A stretch of 55,628 nt of DNA from a virus (taxonomy: Duplodnaviria > Caudoviricetes), in IMG/VR virus record IMGVR_UViG_3300049846_001678, positions 1 to 55,628 of that record. One strand, 5' to 3'. A program made the translations under genes and the position numbers. Shown one piece after another: positions 26,202 through 36,013 of the stretch (the stretch's first letter is position 1; every line of letters begins with the position of its first letter). The notes below the pieces were generated by a model. It saw nothing but the letters and a program-made list of their open reading frames with translations. It ran no database searches and was not told where the DNA came from.

Positions 26202-27635
26202 ATGATCGCGGAAACACCCTTCGACGAGGAGATTCGTCTGCTATTGGAGCAGACATCTGGTACTAGTAAGGTTACCGGACTGGCGTCTTACATTCTTAGA
26301 ATTTCCCCGCAGCTGTCCGCCCCAGCACACTTAAAGCCTCTCATAACGTCCCTAGAGGCCAGCCTCGAATCGAGTAAAAGAATCTGCGTCTCTATGCCAC
26401 CACGGCACGGAAAGACTACGACGATTGCGCACGCCTTTCCCTTTTTGTTGTCCAAAGACCCTAAAAAAACCCACTGTTACGTGACATATTCGGGAGATCT
26501 TTCGAAGTCAAAATCGAGGCATATTCGACGTTTGGCGTTGGAGTCCGGTATAAAGTTAGCTAAGGGTTCAAAGTCACTAACCGAATGGCGTACCGAGGCC
26601 GGCGGTGGATTAATCGCAACCTCAATCGGCGGTTCTTTAACGGGTCAAGGGGTGACCGGATTGATGGTTGTCGACGACCCGTTTAAGGACCGGGTCGAGG
26701 CCGAATCAAAAGCGCACCGGAACAATGTGTGGGAATGGTTCACGGATGTTGCCTATACCCGTTTGGAGCCGGGTTCGTCATGCGTCGTGGTGCAAACACG
26801 ATGGCACGAAGAGGATTTAATCGGTCGTTTGATGACAGATTTCCCCGGAGAATGGGAATACATCAACCTGCCGGCCGTCAGCGACGAGGGACAGGCACTG
26901 TGGCCCGAGGCGTATCCCTTAGAAGTTCTTAACAAAACCCGCAGTGTTCTTGGTGACTATTCTTTTGAGGCCCTCTATCAGGGGCGTCCTCGTCCAAGAG
27001 GATCAAACATCTTCAAGGAACCCGCAACGTTTGTTCGTCCAGATATGCCCCAGATGGCGGAATTTATGGTCGACAAGGACTGTATTATGGCGATCGACCC
27101 GGCCGCCACTGCACGTACGAGCGCGGATAACAGCGTCGCGTTAGTTCTAGCGAAAGAGCGTAAACTCGAATTACCGAAGGCATGGGTTTTAGAGGTAATA
27201 CGCGGGCAAATGACAGTACCCGCGTTCTGCGAGGTCGTTGCTCGCCGTTGGGATGCGTGGAAGCAATACCGATGCAAAATCGCCATCGAAGCTGTCGGCG
27301 GATTTAAAGCGGTTCCCGACATATTGGCGAAGATTAGACCAGGCGAGCTGGTCCTGTCGGAGTCTGGGAAAATCGGAAACCTTTTGCCGATTTATCCAAC
27401 GAAAGACAAATACTTACGGGCACAGGCCGTTGCCGCCGCTTGGAACGAGGGGCGAATTCTTGTCCCCAACAATACGGACTGGTGTACAACATTCGTTGAC
27501 GAGGTAATGGGCTTTACAGGCCTGGGAGATCGAAAGGACGACCAGGTTGATGCACTAGCGCATGCGTGGAACACCCTTAGCTCTATTAAACGAGTACGTC
27601 GCGGGTATAGAATATCCCAAGACGCATTTGGTTAG
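26202..27635 (+). CDS. Terminase large subunit
   Basis: MPPRHGKT, VVDDPFKD, QTRWHEEDL, IDPA, DDQVDAL. Confidence 0.96.
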   Translation: MIAETPFDEEIRLLLEQTSGTSKVTGLASYILRISPQLSAPAHLKPLITSLEASLESSKRICVSMPPRHGKTTTIAHAFPFLLSKDPKKTHCYVTYSGDLSKSKSRHIRRLALESGIKLAKGSKSLTEWRTEAGGGLIATSIGGSLTGQGVTGLMVVDDPFKDRVEAESKAHRNNVWEWFTDVAYTRLEPGSSCVVVQTRWHEEDLIGRLMTDFPGEWEYINLPAVSDEGQALWPEAYPLEVLNKTRSVLGDYSFEALYQGRPRPRGSNIFKEPATFVRPDMPQMAEFMVDKDCIMAIDPAATARTSADNSVALVLAKERKLELPKAWVLEVIRGQMTVPAFCEVVARRWDAWKQYRCKIAIEAVGGFKAVPDILAKIRPGELVLSESGKIGNLLPIYPTKDKYLRAQAVAAAWNEGRILVPNNTDWCTTFVDEVMGFTGLGDRKDDQVDALAHAWNTLSSIKRVRRGYRISQDAFG

Positions 27636-27643
27636 GAAAAACA

Positions 27644-27817
27644 ATGCCTAAGCATTACGAATCTGTTAATATTGGGGAAATACGACATGCGCCTACACCG
27701 TTTGTGAAACGTAAAGCGCCGGCCGATGAACCGAAACCCGTTATTAAAGAAGATCTGCCAAGCGTTCCGGTTCAACCAAAGCAAAAACCTAGTCGGAAGG
27801 TAAAAGGGAATGGCTGA
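27644..27817 (+). CDS. Small Pro/Lys-rich hypothetical protein (57 aa)
   Basis: Manual translation; AGGA RBS; fills TerL-portal gap. Confidence 0.55.
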   Translation: MPKHYESVNIGEIRHAPTPFVKRKAPADEPKPVIKEDLPSVPVQPKQKPSRKVKGNG

Positions 27818-29420
27818 AGATATCAATAGGGCGTTTCCCCAGGTCATTAAATACGAGGCTATGTCTCGCACTAATGTGAGCTACGATGCGAAGTACTGGG
27901 ATCGCTTGAAGGCGTTTTATGCGGGCGGTAAGGATCTGCTAAAGTCGCGTTGCTTCGGGGAGATTTTCCCGCGCCACCTAAACGAACGATATGAGGTCTA
28001 CTCAGAACGTACAGCGCGCGCCTTTTATATCAACTATGCGGGTGAGATAATCGACCACATCGTTTCGGCGCTTTTGATGCACCCCGTGCAAATTACAAGC
28101 GACGCCAAAGCAGATGAGTTTTATAAAGACTTTGCCGCAGACGTTTCTTTCGGTGGCGGGCGGGTGCTGTCCATTCACCAGCTTGTCCGGCAACAGATCC
28201 TGACGGCCCTTATTTGTAAAAGAGCTTGGACGCTCGTAGACTTCCCGCCGGTCATTGAGGCACTTGGCGAGGATTTAACGGCGGCGGACCAGGAGAAGCT
28301 CGGTGCGTTGGATGCCTACGCTATCCCGCTAGACCCGGAAATGGTTCTCGACTGGGAAGAGACGGCAGACGGCGCATTAATATGGGCAAAGACATGCGTT
28401 GACAGGGTAGAGCGATCGTTCGATATGGTCGACAACATGGTTCGTAGCGAATATACGATTTATCGGCCCGCTGACTGGGCGCGGTATTCGATTACCTGGG
28501 ACCCGACGAAGGGCGAGCCGAAGCCGACTGATGAGGTTTCTTTGATTGACCAGGGAGTGCACTCCTTTGGCAAGGTTCCGCTGCTCCGCCTCGAGCTTCC
28601 GGACGGCTTATGGGCGATGAATAAGCTCGAATCCATGTGCCGTGAGTACCTGAATAAACGTTGCGCGCTCAGCTGGGCAGAGTTTAAAACCTTGTATCAG
28701 CAGCTTTATGAGTTTGAGGGTGAGGGTGGCGAGTGTTTAGAGGGAGAGGGTGCGGGAAACGATCCTAACCGATTCACTAACCAAACACGAGGTCCCGGTT
28801 ACGTCCAGGTTCGTGGCCCCGGAGACAGGGCCGAGTTTGTTGGCCCGAGTTCCGAACCCTTCGCGCACGCACTAAACTCGCTTAAAGATTTGCGCGACGA
28901 AATGCACCGAGTCACACATCAGATGGCATTGTCGTTTGACAATCATGCCTTGGCGCTGCGACGAAGCGGCGAGAGTAAGCATCAGGACAAGAAAGATGCA
29001 ACGGTCATCTTAGATGCGCTCGGTCAGCTGGCGCGCGATCATGTTAAAGATATTTTTCAGACAGTAGCTGCGGGTCGTGGCGATGTTGTATTTTTTAATG
29101 TCGGCGGTCTCGACGAGTATGATAGCGTAGACGTTGCTGGCTCTATCGATGAAGCAACAAAAATTCAGACACTCGTTTTACCGTCGCAGACATTCAAGTC
29201 TGAATACGCTTATAGCCTTGTTAAAACGGTCCTCGGTGAGAAAGTATCTACTGACACTCTTGAAAAAATAAAGACCGAACTAGAATCGGGCTTTGAGGAA
29301 GTAAAGGCACAGGAAGAACAGTTGATGGAAACATCAACCGCACAGTCGGAATCAGGAACCGACGAGGAGAATGAAAATGGAAACGAACGAACAGAACCAG
29401 GAACAACAGGCGACGAGTAA
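27810..29420 (+). CDS. Portal protein
   Basis: Position after TerL; Y.ER..RAFYINY, HSFGKVP, SGESK..D; acidic tail. Confidence 0.88.
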   Translation: MAEDINRAFPQVIKYEAMSRTNVSYDAKYWDRLKAFYAGGKDLLKSRCFGEIFPRHLNERYEVYSERTARAFYINYAGEIIDHIVSALLMHPVQITSDAKADEFYKDFAADVSFGGGRVLSIHQLVRQQILTALICKRAWTLVDFPPVIEALGEDLTAADQEKLGALDAYAIPLDPEMVLDWEETADGALIWAKTCVDRVERSFDMVDNMVRSEYTIYRPADWARYSITWDPTKGEPKPTDEVSLIDQGVHSFGKVPLLRLELPDGLWAMNKLESMCREYLNKRCALSWAEFKTLYQQLYEFEGEGGECLEGEGAGNDPNRFTNQTRGPGYVQVRGPGDRAEFVGPSSEPFAHALNSLKDLRDEMHRVTHQMALSFDNHALALRRSGESKHQDKKDATVILDALGQLARDHVKDIFQTVAAGRGDVVFFNVGGLDEYDSVDVAGSIDEATKIQTLVLPSQTFKSEYAYSLVKTVLGEKVSTDTLEKIKTELESGFEEVKAQEEQLMETSTAQSESGTDEENENGNERTEPGTTGDE

Positions 29421-30093
29421 CGAACCAGAACAGTCAGATGAGATTAGCCAGACTGTAAAGGAATTCGTTACTAGGACCGCAAACGCTGCCAACAGCTCTC
29501 ACGCTTCCCGTATTCAAAAGAATATCGACAAGAAGCTACAGGAGAATAACGAGAAGCTGTTGTCTCTAATCAAAGAGATGATGCCGCCGCGATCCGAGCA
29601 GTCGGCAGATACGCACACACAGGAACCGGCGCAAGTTCCGAACGAAACCTTAAAGGTTAAGGCCGAGGTTGCTCAGCTTAAAAAGTCTTTAGAGGAAGAG
29701 CGCGCGCGTGTTGCCCAGAAAGAAGAGGAAGTGAAACGGAACGAAGAGCGTGCCCGTTTGATGGATGCCCTTCGATCGGCTAACGTCTCGGATGAGCGGT
29801 TGCGCGGCGCAATGGCCCTTCTTTATACGGAAGATAAAAGAATTGGCCGTGACGCATCAGGCAAAATTGTCTTTAAAATTCAAAAGGATGGATACGAAGA
29901 CGAGGTCCCTTTAGCTGACGGAATTGCTGCTTGGGCGGAGTCTGCGGAAGGCAAACATTACGTCACTCCGAAGGCCGTGGCTGGTAGCGGTATGACTGGA
30001 GGAAACGCTCCCCGCCGTGGAGAGCGTGTCAGTGCCCACGAGCTGAAGAGAGCGGCCGTCCAGGCTGTCATGTCGAAAGTGTTCGGCGGTTAG
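29377..30093 (+). CDS. Capsid scaffolding protein
   Basis: Low-complexity N-terminus, coiled coil, AGSG near C-terminus; directly upstream of MCP. Confidence 0.8.
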   Translation: METNEQNQEQQATSNEPEQSDEISQTVKEFVTRTANAANSSHASRIQKNIDKKLQENNEKLLSLIKEMMPPRSEQSADTHTQEPAQVPNETLKVKAEVAQLKKSLEEERARVAQKEEEVKRNEERARLMDALRSANVSDERLRGAMALLYTEDKRIGRDASGKIVFKIQKDGYEDEVPLADGIAAWAESAEGKHYVTPKAVAGSGMTGGNAPRRGERVSAHELKRAAVQAVMSKVFGG

Positions 30094-30123
30094 TACACCT
30101 TTTCTAGTTTATCTACAAAATTG

Positions 30124-30161
30124 TTGACATCTTACATGTAGGTAACGATACTACTTATAAA
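30124..30161 (+). promoter_or_regulatory. Capsid-gene promoter with TACATGTA in spacer
   Basis: TTGACA at 30124; -10 candidates GATACT (17 bp spacer) and TATAAT (30156). Confidence 0.55.
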
Positions 30162-30238
30162 TACACGTCCTTCACAGGATGCAGGCGAGCACGGCCTAAC
30201 GGTGCGGAAAAAACTAAACCTTTTAGGAGAATTGCCAA

Positions 30239-31264
30239 ATGGCTCGTGATTTTTCAAACGTAACTGGCGTACTGTCGTCCGCTTTTGCTGACGATATTAC
30301 AAATCAAATTAATCGTGCTACGCCCCTCTTCCAGATTCTTTCTTTCCGCATGGGAAGTGAAAAGAATATTCAGTGGGACGTGCGTTTCGGTACTGCGACG
30401 GGATCGACCATTGCGGACGGTGCTGACGTTTCGACGTACAACACCGACGACTTGGTCCCTGCTACGTTGCAATTCGGCACCTACCATGACGCCTTCAGCG
30501 TGACGGGTAAGGCAATGGCCGCTGCGGCTGCTGCTGGAAACCCCGATCAGCTGGTGGACCTCATGGGCGAGGAAATGAGCCACAGCGTTGAACGCTTGGC
30601 CACGAAGCTGTCGCAAGACTGCTATACCGGCGCTGGCGGTACGAACGAAATTCATGGTATGTTGCACTCGTCTGGTGGTGTTAGCGCCACCGGTACCTAT
30701 GCCAGCATCAACCGCGCGACCTATACGCAATGGGCCAGCAACTCGGTTGATGCAGCCGCCGCCGCCCTTTCGTTGGCGCAACTTCGCCAAACTCGTCGGG
30801 CGATTTATCTCGCTTCCGGTTTGAAGCCAGATGTGATCATTTGTGACCCGGTGGCCTTCGATAAGTACGGTGCGTTGCTCGGTTCAGAACGTCGCTATAT
30901 GCAAGATGTGCGCCTGAGAGGCCAGACTGTGGTTCTCGACGGTGGCTATCAAGTTCTCGAGTTCGAGGGAACTCCCGTGATCGAGGACAAGCAAATGAGC
31001 GCAGACACGTTCCTGTTCTTGAACAGCCGTCACGTGTACTTGACTCAGCTCCCCAACCCGGCCAGCGTTCTCGCTCGTGCAAACGGCGAATTGATGGTAA
31101 CCGGTACGGAGGAAATGCAGTTTGGTGTGGCCTCGCCGAAACTGTCCGCGATGGTGTTGCCGCTCGCTGTGACCGGTAACGCCTTCAAAGTTGGCCTTTT
31201 TGCTCACCCGCAAATTGTGGTTCGTCGTCCGAACTCTTGCGGCAAGCTCATCAACTTCACGTAA
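30239..31264 (+). CDS. Major capsid protein (HK97 fold)
   Basis: 341 aa after scaffold; AGGAG RBS; PDVIIC, FEGTPVIED, FLFLN, Q.VVRRPNSCGKL end. Confidence 0.9.
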   Translation: MARDFSNVTGVLSSAFADDITNQINRATPLFQILSFRMGSEKNIQWDVRFGTATGSTIADGADVSTYNTDDLVPATLQFGTYHDAFSVTGKAMAAAAAAGNPDQLVDLMGEEMSHSVERLATKLSQDCYTGAGGTNEIHGMLHSSGGVSATGTYASINRATYTQWASNSVDAAAAALSLAQLRQTRRAIYLASGLKPDVIICDPVAFDKYGALLGSERRYMQDVRLRGQTVVLDGGYQVLEFEGTPVIEDKQMSADTFLFLNSRHVYLTQLPNPASVLARANGELMVTGTEEMQFGVASPKLSAMVLPLAVTGNAFKVGLFAHPQIVVRRPNSCGKLINFT

Positions 31265-31273
31265 GAGGGAGTT

Positions 31274-31525
31274 ATGAAGTTAGTCAACTCAACAGACCGT
31301 CTTGTGCGGTTTGAAATCGGGCAGGGTCCAGGGCTCGACGCGGTTGAGTACAAGGTCAAGCCGGGTGAGGTTGTAGAACTCCCTGACTATCTGTGTGAGG
31401 AGCGTCCTGGCGGCAACATCCTTTCGATGATTGCCCCAGGCCTCTCCGCATATACAGCGCCAAAAAAGGCTGACGTACCAGCATCGTTAAAGCCTGAGCC
31501 AAAGAAGCCCTCTAAGGAGAGCTAA
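31274..31525 (+). CDS. Small head-associated hypothetical protein
   Basis: GAGGGAG RBS; follows MCP. Confidence 0.7.
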   Translation: MKLVNSTDRLVRFEIGQGPGLDAVEYKVKPGEVVELPDYLCEERPGGNILSMIAPGLSAYTAPKKADVPASLKPEPKKPSKES

Positions 31526-31926
31526 TGCTCACGGCGGCTCAAAAGGCCGACATCCGCTACTATCTCGGGTACGCGACGCGTTTCCATGATGGCGACCAGA
31601 ATCTGGAATCTGCCATGGACGCAATCGCCAACGACCCGGAAGGCGAGGCGCTTGTCGTCGCTACAATCACGGATATTAAAGCTATAGATACCAAACTTGA
31701 ATCCGCCTGGGATCGTCTCAAGGCCGTTCAGGTTTGTGAGATTAAGTTAGGCCACAAAGAGGAGCTTTGCGCACTCCGTAGCGAAGGTCGACGCCTTGTG
31801 AGTCGTGTAGCGGCCTCTTTTGGGGTTCCAGTTCGGCATGATGCCTTCGGGTCTGCGCCCTTCAACGTTACTGCCGATTGGTTTGGCACGGGATATCAAG
31901 GCGGCAATGAGATCAAGCAAGGTTAA
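31525..31926 (+). CDS. Putative head-tail adaptor
   Basis: LT..QKADIRYYLGY start; synteny. Confidence 0.65.
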   Translation: MLTAAQKADIRYYLGYATRFHDGDQNLESAMDAIANDPEGEALVVATITDIKAIDTKLESAWDRLKAVQVCEIKLGHKEELCALRSEGRRLVSRVAASFGVPVRHDAFGSAPFNVTADWFGTGYQGGNEIKQG

Positions 31927-31932
31927 GAACGC

Positions 31933-32002
31933 GCCCGACGGCGCATTTTGGACTGTGATGGGTTTTCCTGTGCCCCCAGTGCGGTCGGTGCGTTCGTCGG
32001 GC
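31933..32002 (+). ncRNA. Candidate structured RNA: long interrupted hairpin with CUGUGCCCCCA apex
   Basis: GCCCGACG/CGTCGGGC, GCGCA/TGCGT, GACTGT/GCGGTC; intergenic. Confidence 0.55.
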
Positions 32003-32008
32003 CTTTTA

Positions 32009-32030
32009 TGTAGTTCCGACTACACTTTTT
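32009..32030 (+). terminator. Putative intrinsic terminator after capsid genes
   Basis: TGTAGT-TCCG-ACTACA followed by CTTTTT. Confidence 0.55.
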
Positions 32031-32054
32031 AACATTTTTAAACTATTTTAAACC

Positions 32055-32531
32055 ATGCCCGGAAGCGCCATATTAGACCCAAACAAACTCATTGATAGTT
32101 TAATCCCTATCATTGATGATATTCGTTCTAATGTTGCTGATCCTCTCGGCTGCCGTCATTTTAATGTATCTCTCGTTACCGTCCTGCCAACTCCTCGGCG
32201 CGCTGGCGACCCGTCTACGAAGACTGTTACAGAGGTTGCTTTAACACCGAAACCCCTAATAAAACCGTACGAATTCAATAACAAATTGGAGGGGTGCGGC
32301 GTCGATGAGTGGGGTCTGTTGAAGGTAGAGCAGATTTCCTTAACCTATACGGAAGATGAACTGACGGGGCGCACTAAACCGGCAGGTGCTGAATTTTATT
32401 GGAAATTAACCGAAGGTCACGGTCAGGGCGTTGTAACGAGATACTACACCATCGACAGGGACCCGTTTCCGGTTCGGGACTGCTGCCCTGGGTGGACCGT
32501 TGTTCTTCGACGCGCTAAGGATCCGGTATGA
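32055..32531 (+). CDS. Putative head-closure/neck protein
   Basis: Synteny; beta-rich; W.VVLRR end. Confidence 0.55.
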   Translation: MPGSAILDPNKLIDSLIPIIDDIRSNVADPLGCRHFNVSLVTVLPTPRRAGDPSTKTVTEVALTPKPLIKPYEFNNKLEGCGVDEWGLLKVEQISLTYTEDELTGRTKPAGAEFYWKLTEGHGQGVVTRYYTIDRDPFPVRDCCPGWTVVLRRAKDPV

Positions 32532-33001
32532 GCACCTTCTCTATAAAACCGGAAGAGCTGCCCATGCGCATTAAACTGCATTTAAAGGCGGTTCAAGAGG
32601 GGGTTCGGCGCGGCATCAGGAAGGGCGCAAAAGATGCCGTAAAAGTCTTGCAAGACCGTACTCCTGTAGATACAGGTGAATTGCGGGATTCCTGGGAAAT
32701 TAAAGAAGACGCGGACTCCGTTTCTTTGGAGAACGACGCCCCTCACGCGGGGATTGTTGAGCGTGGTGCTAGACCGCATCCGGTCTCGGATGAGGGTCGG
32801 AAAAAACTGGCCGAGTGGGCTGTTAGAAAACTGGGGGTATCCCCGGAAGAGGCAGAGGGTGTCGCGTTTGCGATTGCTAAGAGGATCCGTGAGAGAGGAC
32901 AAGACCCAACATACTTTGTTAAACTAAGCCTAGACGATATGAGCCGAGCGTTGGCACAGCATATTGGTAAAGAGATATTAGATGTTTCGAGGGTCGGGTA
33001 A
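32528..33001 (+). CDS. HK97 gp10-like tail completion protein
   Basis: TPVDTGELRDSW, APHAGIVERG. Confidence 0.85.
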   Translation: MSTFSIKPEELPMRIKLHLKAVQEGVRRGIRKGAKDAVKVLQDRTPVDTGELRDSWEIKEDADSVSLENDAPHAGIVERGARPHPVSDEGRKKLAEWAVRKLGVSPEEAEGVAFAIAKRIRERGQDPTYFVKLSLDDMSRALAQHIGKEILDVSRVG

Positions 33002-33594
33002 TGTCGCTAATTCGCATACGCGCTATGGAAATGCTAAAGGAAAGGGTTGAATGCACCGTTCCTAAGCTAAAAAACCGCGTATGTGCCGGCTATAATAAAC
33101 ATCCACACCATATCGACTTCCCGCACCTTTCCATCCTTAGTACGAGAGCCCGGTACTTTCCGGACCAAGCCAGCGAGCATACCTCACCGTCGCCGTCTGT
33201 CGGGGTTTTTAACCTGGGCCGTATGGAGGCGTTAATTCAACTTAAAATAGGATGCAATAGCGCCGATGAACGTTATAATCTCGAAGATGCTGTCCTTACT
33301 AATGTTTTTCTTGCGGACCTTGATCGTCCAGGGATCTGTCGCTTTAATATCCCTGATTGTGAAGGGGCTTTGGCGGCTTGGGAGTTGGAGGAAGAGGCAT
33401 GGCAAGACGAATTCGGCTTAGACAATGGCTGGTATAGCACTATCACTACAACATTGCAAATTCCTGTTCTAGTGCGTAAAGTTGGAGTATACTCAATTAA
33501 CGAGATTAGGTCGCAATTTACCGAGGATCTCGAAACCCCTTCAGTATCGCTTGATTCTGGCGCTATTGAGGAGATAATTATCGTAGAGGAGTAG
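33001..33594 (+). CDS. Putative tail terminator
   Basis: Directly upstream of sheath; FPHLSI motif. Confidence 0.55.
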   Translation: MSLIRIRAMEMLKERVECTVPKLKNRVCAGYNKHPHHIDFPHLSILSTRARYFPDQASEHTSPSPSVGVFNLGRMEALIQLKIGCNSADERYNLEDAVLTNVFLADLDRPGICRFNIPDCEGALAAWELEEEAWQDEFGLDNGWYSTITTTLQIPVLVRKVGVYSINEIRSQFTEDLETPSVSLDSGAIEEIIIVEE

Positions 33595-33597
33595 GAT

Positions 33598-35163
33598 ATG
33601 CCCGCACCATTCTTTACAACTAACCCGAGCGAGTTCACACGACTTGAAGGGTTATACATTAACGAAAAAAATCCTCCTGGTTTTATTACCGGCATCAGCC
33701 TGAATAATGTCGGCGTCTGCGGACAAACCGTTCGCGGTCCTGTCGATACGGCTGTTGAAATTGGTTCGCCGCAACGCTTTATCGAAGTGTTCGGTGGCCG
33801 CGATTACGGTGCCGGGGGCGCGTTAATCAACCAAGTTTGGCGCTTCTTGCTTAACAAGCCGTTTGGTAGCGTAACGGTTGTTCGCGCGGCTGCGGCTGCT
33901 GCCGTTAAAGCCTCCTTTACAGTGGAGACCGGCATTAACGGACTCGGTACTGCGATTGCACGTATCGATGCCTCTTCTGTTGGAACTTGGGGTAACAACG
34001 TTTATATCCGCGTCGAGGATGCGAGTGATGGAGATTCGACGCACTGGAATCTGCGCCTAAACTATCTCGGTAAAGAGACGCTATACGAGAACCTTAATAC
34101 GTCGACTGGCTACAACAATCTGACAGAAGTTGTCGGGGACGATCACGCCCGATTAATTGATATTGCCAAATTGGCCGACGGACGCCCTGCCAATTTCGCG
34201 ACGATTACAGAAGCCGGTTTCGAGGCTGCGGACACGGAAAGTACGGACCCAGTTGGTGCGAATTTTATTAAACTCGGGACAACCCTGGTAGAGTACGTTA
34301 CCGTTGCCGGAACAAATGGAACCGTTGCGGCAACCGACTACACAGCGGCTAATCGGGCCCTGGCCCAGATTACAGACCGCAAAGGTATTGCAGTTGTTGC
34401 GTACGCGGAAACTGATAATACAATCGTCGATGCTATTAATGACCAGATCGAGGTTGCTGCGGCGGCTTCGAACGACCGCATGTTTGTTATTTGGAGCGGT
34501 ACGCACGGAGATTCGCCGTCGACCGTTATGACGGATGCCGGTGGTCGTCGACATGACCGAATAATCTACTGTTACAATAGCCCCTACACACTAGACCCCG
34601 AAACGGCGGTACAGATTCAAACACCGCCCTCGGATTGGATGGCCTCGATTCTGTCACAGATCGATGTCGACATTCACCCTGGTGAAGAGGCAACGAAAGA
34701 GTTTACGGCCGGTATTACACGGCTAACAAAAGAAGACCTTACGCGTACCGACTATATTAATTTAAGGGCGGCTGGTATTTGCGCACTGGAGAATGACGAC
34801 GGCTTTGTCTTTGTGTCGGGAGTTACGACCTCTCTAACCTCTGGTAAGACAGAGATCACTCGTCGTCGTATGGCGGATTATTTGCAGCTCTCTGCGGCAA
34901 ACCGCCTGAAATTTTATGTTAAGAAAAAGAACACAACGTCAAACCGCAGTATGATGGTCGGCGAGCTTACGGCTTTCTGCCGAACACTGCAAGACGATGA
35001 GCGTATTGTCGAGGACTTCGTTATTGATAACGATACGGTCAACACGCCAACGACACGGGCTCAAGGTATAGAAAAAATCCTGTGGCGTGTGCGGTTGATT
35101 GGGCATATCCTGCACCTCGTTCTGGAAACAGAAATCGGAACCGGCGTAACGATTGAAGCATAA
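33598..35163 (+). CDS. Contractile tail sheath protein
   Basis: EGLYINE, GQTVRGPV, F..VFGG, GTWGN, ITRRRMADYL. Confidence 0.92.
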   Translation: MPAPFFTTNPSEFTRLEGLYINEKNPPGFITGISLNNVGVCGQTVRGPVDTAVEIGSPQRFIEVFGGRDYGAGGALINQVWRFLLNKPFGSVTVVRAAAAAAVKASFTVETGINGLGTAIARIDASSVGTWGNNVYIRVEDASDGDSTHWNLRLNYLGKETLYENLNTSTGYNNLTEVVGDDHARLIDIAKLADGRPANFATITEAGFEAADTESTDPVGANFIKLGTTLVEYVTVAGTNGTVAATDYTAANRALAQITDRKGIAVVAYAETDNTIVDAINDQIEVAAAASNDRMFVIWSGTHGDSPSTVMTDAGGRRHDRIIYCYNSPYTLDPETAVQIQTPPSDWMASILSQIDVDIHPGEEATKEFTAGITRLTKEDLTRTDYINLRAAGICALENDDGFVFVSGVTTSLTSGKTEITRRRMADYLQLSAANRLKFYVKKKNTTSNRSMMVGELTAFCRTLQDDERIVEDFVIDNDTVNTPTTRAQGIEKILWRVRLIGHILHLVLETEIGTGVTIEA

Positions 35164-35176
35164 GGGAGTATAGACG

Positions 35177-35617
35177 ATGAGCGCACGCATTAGAGGACAA
35201 GAAGCGGTAGTCAGTTTCGCGGTAGCGGGAATTGGCCCACTTTCCGGATCCTTTACAAAAATTAAGGATTTTACGGCCACCCCGAGAACGGATTTGGTAG
35301 AGACGGACTACCTCGGGGAAACCTTTACTGACCTCGATGTTCAACATCAGGGTTGGGATTTCTCTTTCACGTTAGACGAAGAGGACGGAAAGTCTTTGGA
35401 GTACATCGCTCAGTTGATGAGCAACGAAGAGAACAATGTCGCCCCCGCCAGTGTTATGATGCAGGTGGTTTTTAATTACCGAAAGTCTGGCGAAGCAACA
35501 AAGAGCATGACTTTTAGTGACGTTGTAATGAAGGCAAACGACATTAACTTGTCGGGTCGAAAGGACTATATTAGCTCGTCCTACGAAGGAAAAGCGAAAC
35601 GTTGCGATATTAAGTAA
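35177..35617 (+). CDS. Tail tube protein
   Basis: 146 aa beta-rich protein directly after sheath. Confidence 0.8.
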   Translation: MSARIRGQEAVVSFAVAGIGPLSGSFTKIKDFTATPRTDLVETDYLGETFTDLDVQHQGWDFSFTLDEEDGKSLEYIAQLMSNEENNVAPASVMMQVVFNYRKSGEATKSMTFSDVVMKANDINLSGRKDYISSSYEGKAKRCDIK

Positions 35618-35635
35618 TCACACAGGAGACAAAAA

Positions 35636-36013
35636 ATGGCACAGAGTGAGTTGAGACACAGGCGATATCAGTTGCCTACGGGGTGTAGCTGTTCTGAAGT
35701 TATCATGCGGGAAACCTGCGGAATAGACGAACAAAAAGCGGCCAGCATTGTTGACTCGAAGCAGGGCCTAACGGCCCTTGGTGCGGAGTTAATTAGACTG
35801 AGCATTGTTGCTGTCAATGGGCAGGCCGTTCTGCAACCATATTTGGCGTTCGACGAGTGGAACACGAAGACAAGAAATCTTGTCATTGGTTTCTATGAAG
35901 AGCTGAATACAATCCCGGCGGCCGAGTTGGAGCTTTTAAAGGTAGCCAGTTCAGATCTGAGTCCCGACGAGCTGGCCGAGACATTAGGGATACTGAGGAA
36001 AGAGAAGGTTTAG
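35636..36013 (+). CDS. Tail assembly chaperone (G-like)
   Basis: Between tube and tape measure; in-frame slippery T TTA AAG at 35935-35941. Confidence 0.8.
   Translation: MAQSELRHRRYQLPTGCSCSEVIMRETCGIDEQKAASIVDSKQGLTALGAELIRLSIVAVNGQAVLQPYLAFDEWNTKTRNLVIGFYEELNTIPAAELELLKVASSDLSPDELAETLGILRKEKV

Noticed and set aside
30165-30215. Structured RNA in the capsid leader (GCAC...GTGC)
   Set aside because: Only a 4-bp pairing; too weak to support without covariation data
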